A stretch of DNA of 63,225 nt, counting the filler, from Octopus bimaculoides (Eukaryota), in the NCBI RefSeq assembly GCF_001194135.2. It is 3 parts of 3 records of this genome, joined end to end, with 100 filler letters (N's around TTAATTAATTAA, not from the genome) between each part and the next. Parts side by side here need not be neighbours in the genome. Positions count along the whole stretch, not along the records: positions 1 to 31,796 come from NC_069003.1; positions 31,897 to 53,827 come from NC_068981.1; 1 more part is not named here. One strand, written 5' to 3'. This document shows positions 24,366 through 35,899 of the stretch, one piece after another. A model generated the notes under the pieces. It was not told where the DNA came from. It worked only from the letters and a program-made list of their open reading frames with translations, and did not search any database. The position numbers were made by a program, and so were the translations under genes. Numbering within the stretch: position 1 is the stretch's first letter; each line of letters starts with the position of its first letter.

Positions 24366-24820
24366 GGAGGGAGAGAGGGAGAGAGGGAGGGAGAGAGGGA
24401 GAGAGTGTATTTGGTTTCAAAAATGGGAGATAAAGAACTCTGTATACAAAGCAGTGTGTATGTGTATTTACATATACATGTGATATATGTGTATTTACAT
24501 ATACATGTGTATATTACATATACACATACATGTATGTGTGTGTAAATACACATACATATATATATATATATACATATACAACCATATCTACAAATATATA
24601 CACATACACACACACATACATACATACATACACACACACATACACACACCTATATATATACATACATACATATACACACACAAATATATATATATATACA
24701 TATGCATAGCCACACATACACTCACACACAGAAGATACACTTCTTTCATTTCTTGTCAATCAAATCCATTCTCAGGGTTTTGACATGTATGTTACCATCT
24801 ACATATATATATATACCCAT

Positions 24821-24856
<36 letters not shown>

Positions 24857-25304
24857 CTGTGCCTTGTTTCAGAGGTTAATCACTAAATCCCACTGGAGCC
24901 ATTAGTTTGGAGACAGTCTTTCACTTAAAAATAAAAGAGTCTCCTGGTAATTGGCACTTGGTATGGCAAACGATGCTCTGAAGTCCATTTAAAGTTATTC
25001 AATGGTGTCAAAAGGAAAGAGGGGGGAGAAATAGTAATTAATTATTAAAATCATTCATTTGTCACTCTTACATACACACATACATACATAGATATACATA
25101 TGCGTACACATACATATACATACATACACACATACATATGCATACACAAACAAAAACAAGAGTTGGAAAATATTTTCGGTATTATCTGTTCACCATTACA
25201 CATGTTCCATTTACTAATAGGAGTTACAGAATTGTACATATAGGAGAAAACATGTAGGATATCTCCTGTTACAAATTCTTCAGAGAATCAAGCAATATAT
25301 ATCT

Positions 25305-25660
25305 TTTGTCTGTTTCAGCCATTAGGTTGCGGCCATGCTGGGGTACTGCCTCGAAGAATTTCAGTTGAATAAATCGATGTCAAAGCCTGTTACTTATTCT
25401 ATCGGTCTCTTTTGTTGAGCTGCTAGGTTACGTGGGATGTAAACACACCAGTACCAGTTGTCAAATGATGGTAGAGGACAAACACAGACACACACATACA
25501 TATGTTGGGCTTCTTTTAGTTTCCCAATACCAAATCCATTCAAAAGGATTTGGTTAGCCCAAGGCTACAGTAGAAGACCCTTTGCGAAGAGGCCAACACA
25601 GTGAAATTGAACCTGGAACCACGTGGTTGGGAAGCAAACTGCTTACCACACAGCCATAAC
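25305..25660 (-). mobile_element. SINE family A, near full length, CpG-decayed
   Basis: gcggccatgctggggtac...gtgaaattgaacctggaaccacgtggttgggaagcaaactgcttaccacacagcc. Confidence 0.85.
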
Positions 25661-25717
25661 TGCATCTCTCTCTCCATATACATACATATATATATCTATA
25701 TATATGTGTGTGTGTGT

Positions 25718-25962
25718 GATGCTTGAAAAGACTCATCAAGCCAAGTGAAATTGTAGTCATGGCCAATGCCAGTGTCAAGCAAATGGCACCTGTGCCAGTG
25801 ACATGTAAAATCCCCCATTACACTCTTGGAGTGGTTGGCATTAGGAAGGGCATCCGGCCATAGAAACCATGCCAAATCAGACTGGAGCCTGGTGCAGCTC
25901 TCCAGCTTACCAGTTCCAGTCAAACCATCCTACAGATGTTAAATGGTGATGATGATGATGAT
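25718..25962 (+). mobile_element. RTE LINE 3' end (one internal unit)
   Basis: gatgcttgaaaagact...gagtggttggcattaggaagggcatccggccatagaaac...gttaaatggtgatgatgatg. Confidence 0.75.
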
Positions 25963-25984
25963 ATAGATATATATATATATATAT

Positions 25985-26415
25985 AGGCGCAGGTGTGGCT
26001 GTGTGGTAAGAAGCTTGCTTCCCAACCACATGGTCCTGGGTTCAGTCCCACTGCGTGGCACCTTGGGCAAGTAAATGTCTCCTGCTATAGCCTCAGGCTG
26101 ACCAAAGCCTTGTGAGTAGATTTAGTAGACAGAAATTGAGAGAAGCCTGTCGTATATATATATATATATATATATGGATATATTTATGTGTGTCTTTGTG
26201 TCTGTGTTTGTCCACCCCCCACGCTTCATCACTTGACAACCGATGTTGGTATGTTTACATCCCTGTAAAACTTAGCGGCTCAGCAAAAGAGACCAATAGA
26301 ATAAGTACCAGGCTTACAATGAATAAGTCCTGGAGTGGGGGGGGGGGTCGATTCCTCCGGCTAGAAGGCGGTGCTCCAGCATGGCCACAGTCAAACGACT
26401 GAAAAGAATAAAACA
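25985..26415 (+). mobile_element. SINE family A, full length
   Basis: ggcgcaggtgtggctgtgtggtaag...ggcaccttgggcaagt...ggcggtgctccagcatggccacagtcaaacgactgaaa. Confidence 0.9.
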
Positions 26416-27129
26416 ATATATATATATTGTTTTTGCAAGCCCTGATAGACGGACAACATAAAAGAGTGAATAAGAAGACAGAGAGGGAGAGAGAGAAGGA
26501 GAGAGAGGGAGAGAAGGAGAGAGAGGAAGAGAAGGAGAGAGAGGAAGAGAAGGAGAGAGAGGTGATGGAAACTGGAAGTAGCATGATGTATGTATATAGA
26601 ATAAATGTGTGACCCAAAATACACATTAAGACTAATTACACTGCAACATATTCCTACAGAAGGTTGTGATCTGAAGACACCTATTTTTAATGGCCTTTTC
26701 CAAAAACAGACAAGCTTACCAAATGTGGGTTACAAATAATAATAAAAAAAAGGGGGTAAAAGAATATGTTGAACACACACACACAAAAAAAGAACAAGAA
26801 GCAAAAATAAACAAAGAGAAAGAAGGTGAAGTTGAAGGGAATTTGGCAAGTTGCTTTAATATAAAAAAAATTAAAAATCACTAATTTGGAATGTATCATT
26901 TCTGTAATGAACTGTGCAGAGTTGGACTAGGATAATGAGAGGGGGAGAGAGAGAGGATGAGAAGGAGAGAGAGAGAGAGAGACAGAAGGAGAGACAGAGT
27001 TCAAGAGATGAAGAGAACATCACAAGAGAAATATTATTTGACAGAAATTTCTTCCGGTTTCTGGACATTTTTGTTTTTGATTGTATTTTATTCCCTGTTA
27101 TGTTCTCATTGCCTTTCGAGTGTAGTTAA

Positions 27130-27350
27130 TCAATCTTGGAGGAGGAGAAAAGAAGAAGAAGAAATGAAGAAGAAGAATTGAAGAAGAAGAATTTAAGATA
27201 TGAAGGAGAATTGAAGAAGAAAAAGAATCTAAGAAATGAAGAACTGAAGAAGAAATAAAAAAAGAATTGAAGTAATGAAGAAGAATTGAAGAAGAAGAAG
27301 AAGAAGAAGAAGGAGAAGAAGAAAAAGAAGAAGAAGAAGCAAGAAAAAAA
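27130..27350. repeat. (GAA)n-rich tract
   Basis: Degenerate GAA trinucleotide run. Confidence 0.9.
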
Positions 27351-27699
27351 GAAAGATACAAACAAAAAACAAAATCTGAAGATGAATTATAACTGGCCTT
27401 GGGATAAAAAAAATTTTTTTCCGACAGCAGCAAATTTAAATTGATAACTCCACTCCTCTGTGATTCTTCTATTTTTATTCTGATTTCTATTTTTATTTAA
27501 AAAAAATTTATTTCCCCCAAAACTCCAAATCCTTTTCATCTTATTTTGACCAATAACAAGAACAGGTAGTGGCAGAAGCCAACAGAAAAACTGACGATTC
27601 TTAAAATTATTAAAAACGTTGGCTTCGTTGCGAGATTAAGCCGTGGAGAGGAGAGCGAAAGACAGAGAGAGAGGATAGAGATCGTTTACATACGAAAGA

Positions 27700-27852
27700 A
27701 TAGCCAGGACATGTTCCGTCCATGCTACTAACATTCAATGTTGGGGGATCTGTGACTGGGACTGAGTGAGAAAGGAAGAAGTGATGAGAAGGGCTGGAAT
27801 GGGATGTTTGCAGGACATAGTGGCTAAATGGCAGATGCGGTTTACTGGACAT
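27700..27852 (+). mobile_element. RTE-like LINE ORF2 remnant
   Basis: GICDWD*VRKEEVMRRAGMGCLQDIVAKWQMRFTGH resembles LGI.W.D.V.NEEVL.RA....L.......LR..GH. Confidence 0.55.
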
Positions 27853-27859
27853 CATCATT

Positions 27860-28130
27860 ATCATTTAACATCCGCTTTCCATGCTGGCATGGGTTGGACG
27901 GTTTGACAGGAGTTAGCCAGGCATGAGTACACCAGGCCTCAGTGGACGGAGTGCTTTTTATGTGGCACCAGCAAAGGTGAGGTCAGTTCTGGAATGGTTT
28001 TTACCGGTGGGAGCCCTTCCTAACACCAGCCACCCTGCAGAGTGGACAGAGTGCTTTTTATGTGGCACCAGCACAGGTGAGGTCAGTTCTGGAATGGTTT
28101 TTACAGGTGGGAACCCTTCCAAGTGCCACA
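27860..28130 (-). mobile_element. RTE-tail element with a ~104-bp internal tandem duplication
   Basis: catttaacatccgctttccatgctggcatgggttggacgg tail. gagtgctttttatgtggcaccagca.aggtgaggtcagttctggaatggtttttac occurs at ~27949 and again at ~28053. Confidence 0.7.
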
Positions 28131-29104
28131 TCTTCCTTGGTCTTTTTTTTATAAAAAAAAAATAATANNNNNNNNNNNNNNNNNNNNNNNNNNNNNNNNN
28201 NNNNNNNNNNNNNNNNNNNNNNNNNNNNNNNNNNNNNNNNNNNNNNNNNNNNNNNNNNNNNNNNNNNNNNNNNNNNNNNNNNNNNNNNNNNNNNNNNNNN
28301 NNNNNNNNNNNNNNNNNNNNNNNNNNNNNNNNNNNNNNNNNNNNNNNNNNNNNNNNNNNNNNNNNNNNNNNNNNNNNNNNNNNNNNNNNNNNNNNNNNNN
28401 NNNNNNNNNNNNNNNNNNNNNNNNNNNNNNNNNNNNNNNNNNNNNNNNNNNNNNNNNNNNNNNNNNNNNNNNNNNNNNNNNNNNNNNNNNNNNNNNNNNN
28501 NNNNNNNNNNNNNNNNNNNNNNNNNNNNNNNNNNNNNNNNNNNNNNNNNNNNNNNNNNNNNNNNNNNNNNNNNNNNNNNNNNNNNNNNNNNNNNNNNNNN
28601 NNNNNNNNNNNNNNNNNNNNNNNNNNNNNNNNNNNNNNNNNNNNNNNNNNNNNNNNNNNNNNNNNNNNNNNNNNNNNNNNNNNNNNNNNNNNNNNNNNNN
28701 NNNNNNNNNNNNNNNNNNNNNNNNNNNNNNNNNNNNNNNNNNNNNNNNNNNNNNNNNNNNNNNNNNNNNNNNNNNNNNNNNNNNNNNNNNNNNNNNNNNN
28801 NNNNNNNNNNNNNNNNNNNNNNNNNNNNNNNNNNNNNNNNNNNNNNNNNNNNNNNNNNNNNNNNNNNNNNNNNNNNNNNNNNNNNNNNNNNNNNNNNNNN
28901 NNNNNNNNNNNNNNNNNNNNNNNNNNNNNNNNNNNNNNNNNNNNNNNNNNNNNNNNNNNNNNNNNNNNNNNNNNNNNNNNNNNNNNNNNNNNNNNNNNNN
29001 NNNNNNNNNNNNNNNNNNNNNNNNNNNNNNNNNNNNNNNNNNNNNNNNNNNNNNNNNNNNNNNNNNNNNNNNNNNNNNNNNNNNNNNNNNNNNNNNNNNN
29101 NAAT

Positions 29105-29320
29105 AATGGTTTCAAATTTTGTCACAAGGGCAGCAGTTTTTGGGGGAGGGGACGAGTGATTTACATCGACCCCCAGAGTTCGACTGGTACTTATTTTGTC
29201 CACCCTGAAAGGATGAAAGGTAAAGTTGACCTGGGCAGAATTTGAACTCAGAACGTAGCGATGGGTGAAATGCCGCTAAGCATTTTGTCCAGTGTGCTAA
29301 AGATTCTGCCAGCTTGCCAC
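29105..29320 (-). mobile_element. SINE family B
   Basis: ctgaaaggatgaaaggtaaagttgacctgggcagaatttgaactcagaacg...gattctgccagcttgcc. Its head abuts (AAC/AAT)n. Confidence 0.85.
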
Positions 29321-29338
29321 AACAACAACAACAACAAC

Positions 29339-29421
<83 letters not shown>

Positions 29422-29424
<3 letters not shown>

Positions 29425-29620
29425 TATATAGTTAGATCATCAGGCTCCCAATCATGAGGAAGTTGAGTTTGATTCCCAGACAGGGCTGTGTGTTGTGTTC
29501 TTGAGCAAGACACTTTATTTCACGTTGGTCCAGTTCACTCAGCTGTGGAAATGAGTTGCGATGTCGCTGGTGCCAAGCTGTATCAGCCTTTGCCCTTCCT
29601 TGGACAACATCATGTATATC
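29422..29620 (+). mobile_element. SINE family E (central domain ttgagcaagacactttatttcacgttg)
   Basis: Matches 52398-52735. Confidence 0.7.
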
Positions 29621-29651
29621 CTTATCTGTGCATGTGTTTGCATCTGTATGT

Positions 29652-29686
<35 letters not shown>

Positions 29687-29984
29687 CATGCATGTGTGTT
29701 TGCATAGCTGTGTTTTGCTTGTGTGTGTGTATGGGCTTGCCTACTACACATTAAAAAAAGAAAAGAAGGATCGCATATCATACCTGTTACAGGTAAATAC
29801 AACCAAAAATAACCGATGAAACCTTTCAAATCAAGAATAGTGAGGATCTTACCTGAAACAAATAGAAAAAGAGAAATTAATACAAAAATTTACATCCATT
29901 TGGTCATAGAAACATGGAAAAAAAGAACTCAATACATTCAATACGGGTTGACATTTCTTATTTCTTATAACTCACATAGTTCGA

Positions 29985-30395
29985 TGTTTTGCATGATTCA
30001 GTCATTTGACTGCTGCCATGCTGGAGCATCACTTTGAAGAGATCTGGTTGAACAATTCAATCCTAGGACTTGTTATTTTTTTTTAAAGCCTGGTACTGAT
30101 TCTGTTGGCCTCTTTTGCCGAACTGCTAAGCAGCAGGGAGGTAAACACACCAACACCAGTTGTCAAGTGGTGATGGGGGACAAACACAAACACAGACACA
30201 CAAATACATACACACACACATATATATACATGATGGGCTTCTTTCAGTTTCCATCTACCAAATTCACTCACAAAGCTTTGGTTGGCCCAAGGCTACAGAA
30301 GAAGAGACTTGCCCAAGGTGCTATGCAGTGAGAATGAACTCAGAACCATGTGGTTGGGAAGCAAGCTTCTTACCACACAGCCGTGCCTGTGCTTA
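29985..30395 (-). mobile_element. SINE family A, full length, CpG-decayed
   Basis: cagtcatttgactgctgccatgctggagca...cttaccacacagccgtgcctgtgc. Confidence 0.85.
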
Positions 30396-30399
30396 TACA

Positions 30400-30620
30400 T
30401 GTTTTCAAATTTTGGCACAGGGCCAGCAATTTCAGGGGGAAGGGGTAAGTCAATTACATCGACCCCAGTACTCAACTGGTACTTATTTTTATTGCCCTCG
30501 AAAGGATGAAAGACAAAGTTGACCCCGGCGGAATTTGAACTCAAAATGTGAAGAGGGACAAAATACTGCTAAGCATTACATTACACCTAGCAGGTTAACG
30601 ATTCTACCAGCTCACCACCT
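30400..30620 (-). mobile_element. SINE family B
   Basis: gaaaggatgaaagacaaagttgaccccggcggaatttgaactca...gattctaccagctcacc. Confidence 0.8.
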
Positions 30621-31072
30621 TGCTAAACAAGATCATTATGAAACATCATTATCATAATGAAATTACGAATTTTCAGTCTATTAACCTAATCTGTTGGAGA
30701 TGAAACAGTTTTTGATGTCTATATTTATTTACACCATGTTTCAGACAGCTTCATCTTCAATTATCATCAGGTGTTACATTCCTGGATATTGTCTACACAC
30801 ACCTGTCTAGATTCAAACGACTGACATTAATTATCATTTTAGCTGATGAATAAAATGTTCTTTGTTCGAAATCCAGTCTGGTACCAGGTATACATGTGCG
30901 CATCCCTGAATAGAAGACCTGATGACCACTGAAAGATAGAAACCAATTATACACCTTAGTTACAGGTGTAAATATTGGTGAGGGGAGGGTAGTCAATAAA
31001 AACAGAAAATGATATTATGAGGTTAAAAGAAACATTATTATCATTATTATCATTATTATTATTATTATTAAG

Positions 31073-31285
31073 GCGGCGAGCTGGCAGAATCGTTAGCACG
31101 CTGGGCGAAATGTTTAGCGGTATTTCATCTGCTGCTATGTTCTGAGTTCAAATTCTGCCGAGGTTGACTTTGCCTTTCATGCTTTCAGGGTCAATTAAAT
31201 AAGTACCAGTTACGCACCGGGGTCAATGTAATCGACTTAATCTCTTCCCCCAAATTTGAGGCCTTGCGTTTCCAGTAGAAACAAT
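31073..31285 (+). mobile_element. SINE family B embedded in (ATT)n
   Basis: attattattaaggcggcgagctggcagaatcg...gtagaaacaatcatcatcattattatt. Confidence 0.9.
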
Positions 31286-31296
31286 CATCATCATCA

Positions 31297-31363
<67 letters not shown>

Positions 31364-31796
31364 AAAAGCTGTTATGTGCCAATTCAATTAGCAGGGATGT
31401 TATCTTGCAGTTTGGTGATAACAAGTCTCCTCAGATTTCAAGAGTCTTTCTTAGGACTTGAAACTATTGTTACTACTACTACTACTACTACTACTGCTAC
31501 TGCTTCTGCTGCTGCTACTACTGCTGCTGTGACATTTGTAGCATATTTTATTTATCTTACCAGTAACTGATCACAGACATTCTGGACACTTTGTCACCAC
31601 CACCACCACCATAGTTACAGTTGTCATCACCATCATCCTCCTCCTCCACACCACCATAACCATCTCCACTATGACCATGATGTTCACCTGACACTCTCAC
31701 CACTGCTGCCACCACCATCATCACCATTTTCTTCCTCCTTCTCCTCATCATCACCACCACCACCACCACCACCACCACCACCACCACCACCACCAC

Positions 31797-31896
31797 NNNN
31801 NNNNNNNNNNNNNNNNNNNNNNNNNNNNNNNNNNNNNNNNTTAATTAATTAANNNNNNNNNNNNNNNNNNNNNNNNNNNNNNNNNNNNNNNNNNNN
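31797..31896. other. Artificial 100-bp scaffold linker (44N-TTAATTAATTAA-44N)
   Basis: Identical structure at 53828-53927. TTAATTAATTAA is a six-frame stop spacer. Confidence 0.9.
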
Positions 31897-32413
31897 AAAG
31901 ACAGCAACGTGGCTAAATCGTTACACACCAGACAAAATGCTTAGCGGCATTTTCCGCTGAGGTTGACTTTGCTTTTTCTGAATCATTAAATAAGTATCAG
32001 TTGAGTACTGGTGTCATGTACTCGACTCACCCCTAACTTCCAAAATTTGAGACCGTGTGCCAATAGGAGAAAGAATTATATATTTCTTTATAGGAGAGGC
32101 GTCTCAGGAAGACTCCATAGAGCGATATTTAGTTACGTTCTTTCTCGTTCTGTTTCCAAACCCTCCCGAGAGCGACCTTGTTTTTTTATCGCTCCAGAAT
32201 CTATAAAATTAAGTACCAGTAAACTCATTGTGTCGATATAGTCTGCTTTACCAGAAATAACTTGGAGATAAACAGCGACACTTACAACTATCCCCTGTTG
32301 CATGAATTAGGGATTTATCAGTCAACCCTAGTCATACGACAGATTATATGTGCACTAACACAGGTCAGAGATGACCTAAAGCTGAAAAGAAAAAGAAAAG
32401 CAACAACAGCTTT

Positions 32414-32498
<85 letters not shown>

Positions 32499-33037
32499 GT
32501 ACTTCATCCTTTTCCTTTCTTTCTCTCTTTCTCGTGCGCGCGCTTTTGCACACTGTTCACTGGAAGAAGCCATCTCTTCACAAACTTCCTGCTATGAAAA
32601 ATGCACCGACAGCTCGACACGCACCGCACTTAATGATACCAAATAGACAATATGACGATCGTATTCGACTGTAACTGAAACTAAGAACAGAATCAGTGCA
32701 AAGCTGAGCGATAATATCAATCCTGCTGACTGACATTTCTTTGAGAAAATATTAATGTCTCACTCAGTGCAGGAAATGAACTATAAAAAAAATCAGGTAA
32801 AGAAGCTGATCTGTGTGTTAGGAAAATAACGATGGAGCCTCCACATGGTCGAGCGACCATCTAAAAATAGAAGCAATAAACACTTCTTCATCTTATAAAG
32901 GGTATGAGTATACTGGATAATGTAGCACTTTCGGTGTCATAAGAAGAGGGTGGTCACGACTGTAATAATTATGATCAGAAATCAGCTCAGTCCATGATCA
33001 CTTACCATAGAAAACAGCTGAATATTTATCTTGTTTG

Positions 33038-33051
33038 TAGTAGTAGTAGTG

Positions 33052-33112
<61 letters not shown>

Positions 33113-33965
33113 CAGTAGTGAGTGAGTGAGAGAGAGCAGCACACGTTATCAGAGTGATGCTGGGATACAAAAATAGGAAGCCTAATGACTATTCGTATGA
33201 TAAGTGTACACCAGTCACATGCATCACAACCATATGCACGCGACATAGTGACTTAATATCAAGGTAAACAGCGCCTGACCATTCGGGTAGGGCTTCAGAA
33301 TTTTCTTCGTGTCGAGTAGCCTATCTCGCTCAAAAGATCACTGAATAAGGGTTGTCTGGTGAGGATGATGAACGAAACACCCATGTTTCCTGGGGTGAAT
33401 TATTCAAAACCCCAAAGAATCCCTTTCAATACATGGTTATGGTGTTCCCCCACTACACTTGCGCGTGATCAGAGGTACACATATTGTCAGCCACTAAGGG
33501 ACATGTTCATCTGGTTAAGATCAAGCAACTGACAATCCTATTTGCAGTATTGAGCAAAATATTTGCTGTAGACCATCTTTTTATACTAAGACAAATCATG
33601 TACATAATAACACTTCCAATCAGTGAAATTCATACCACTGCCTAGTATTTCATCTTGGTATTCATCATTTTGGTTTGGCTCAAGTTTGATCTTATTCCTG
33701 GTAGGATTTATGTGGATAGCAGGTTACTGCCTGCAAACTTAGGTATCCACAAGTTTTCAGCTGTCTTTCAAGTGCTTAGAACCCTCCTGATAATCTTTGC
33801 TGCTCCTAAGAGACAACATTTCTGTAGGAGCTCTACCGGGTATTCTATTCCAATCTCCTTCAGCCATTTGTCTATATCTTTGCTTACTGTTCCCAACGCA
33901 CCGGTTATTATACGCACGACCTTTACTGTTTTGATAAAAATTCTCAGCTTATTATACTGTGTTTG
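33038..33965 (-). mobile_element. Dong/R4-like LINE 3' end (endonuclease C-terminus, long 3' UTR, (TAC)n tail or target)
   Basis: Minus strand KTVKVVRIITGALGTVSKDIDKWLKEIGIEYPVELLQKCCLLGAAKIIRRVLST*. Matches the V.VVP.V.GALG.V...LQK..LLG...I.R.VL terminus. Ends ...ctctctcactcactcactac(tac)n. Confidence 0.8.
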
Positions 33966-34120
33966 ATGGAAAGTGTCAGCTGTCCACCGCCAGCAGACTA
34001 AGGTGACACTTGTTTACTGGTCATGCTTCAAGGACCTTGCGAAGAATTATGCAGTGAATATCGTATAAATACATATGTGTAGATAGATAGACAGATAGAT
34101 AGATAGACAGATAGATAGAC

Positions 34121-34174
<54 letters not shown>

Positions 34175-34224
34175 ATAAAAATGTAGATGTACAGATATAT
34201 GAATATGTCAGTGTGCGTGGATGT

Positions 34225-34350
34225 GTGTTTACAAGGAAAGTTAACAGTGACATCGAATTATCCCCGGTCATTGGCTTCATTAATTTGTCTAACGAAGTCA
34301 ATGACCGGCGAAAATTCGAGGTCACTGTCAACATTTCCCTTGTAAATGTA
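34225..34350. other. Long imperfect hairpin (~50-bp stem, ~14-nt loop)
   Basis: tttacaaggaaagttaacagtgacatcgaattatccccggtcattggcttc pairs with gaagtcaatgaccggcgaaaattcgaggtcactgtcaacatttcccttgtaaa. Confidence 0.85.
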
Positions 34351-35084
34351 AATGTGAGTGATACTCTACTTAAGTGTAATTCTTCAATTAATGCCTCAGC
34401 GCTTTTATGTACCTGAAAAGCTCTCTCTCTCTCTCTCTCACACACACCACACCACACCACACAAATACATATACATTCATCCATATATACACATATGCAT
34501 ATATACATACATATATATATATAGAAACATAAGCATATATANNNNNNNNNNNNNNNNNNNNNNNNNNNNNNNNNNNNNNNNNNNNNNNNNNNNNNNNNNN
34601 NNNNNNNNNNNNNNNNNNNNNNNNNNNNNNNNNNNNNNNNNNNNNNNNNNNNNNNNNNNNNNNNNNNNNNNNNNNNNNNNNNNNNNNNNNNATATATATG
34701 TGTGTGTGTGTGTGTATATATATAGATATATATGCGTGTGTGTATATGTATGTGAGTATACATATTTATATACATACGTACGTACTCATGGGCCTACGTG
34801 TAAACGTACATACATACATACATACATATATACCTACATAGACATGTTATGTCTAACGGTAAATACTGTATGCCAATATGTATGTATAATGTCAAGTTCC
34901 ATGTCAGGTACATGACATATTCGTAGATATATATTCACAGGAAACAAGCGTGTTTGTCATTCGCATGAGACGAAAGAGTAAAAAAAAAAAAACATCGAAT
35001 GTACGGAGTTGTTGCAGTGTTTTATTATATTTATCTTAAAACTTAAAATAAAAATTCAAAAATGAAAACATAATACCGCCAAAA

Positions 35085-35127
<43 letters not shown>

Positions 35128-35899
35128 CTATGTATATATGCATATAAAGGAAGTAAAAAAAAAATCACTCAGAAGACAATGGAAAGACAAACAAAATTAA
35201 AATGTAAACAGTCTTTAAATAAACCCTTTTGAAGAGAGTCTAGTGGGTCAGATACAAAAGGCCTGAAACATGTATCACTTAAAGAGGTTTGGATGTGTTT
35301 TAAATGGCTTTTTTATTCCCTTCTGTTTGTTATTCTTTACTTATTTGTTTATTTAATTATTTATTTTTAGAATGATTATAACGTATATAGCCGAGTCAAT
35401 AGGGTAGTGAGTAACTACTCGAGATGTCGGAGTTACATGTCCTGTAAATCAACGTCTGTTTTTATAGGAGAACAAGTGTCGTTAACCTCCAGAGAATCCA
35501 CCAGGCAGAACACTGTATGTGTTATACAATCTATGTTGCTGTAAGCTGGGGCTACCCTACAATATTAATTACTGTCATAAGCACAATGCCACATTTATTG
35601 GGTTGTCAGATAAATTCATTCGCTTATTTTTTATTTGTTTTTGTTTTTTTTTTGTTTTATTTTGTTTGTTTTTTCTTACTTGGACCTCTATCATCATATG
35701 TCTAAAAAGAGGTAAGATTTATTCAGATCTGAAAAATGATAAACAAGAATTGTAGAGATAGAATAGAGCTGCAAAATTAAAATATAAAAGAAAACGATAA
35801 AAATAATTTTGTGTTAATTCAAATAACACTGGGAAGGATTCAAATAGATAGAAAAAAAAAATCTTTTTTTTTTTTTGATAACCTAATACATCAACTCCA

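Noticed and set aside
25229-25278. Weaker hairpins (also 35400-35447, 38876-38928, 45332-45371 and 50042-50097)
   Set aside because: 13-16 bp with several bulges or G-U pairs; within chance expectation for AT-rich DNA without a folding z-score.
32286-32375. Minus-strand exon (tttag|...|gtaagt)
   Set aside because: Stops in all frames except a terminal MQQGIV. It overlaps a mariner-TIR-like motif (agggttgactga), so it is not supportable without RNA data.
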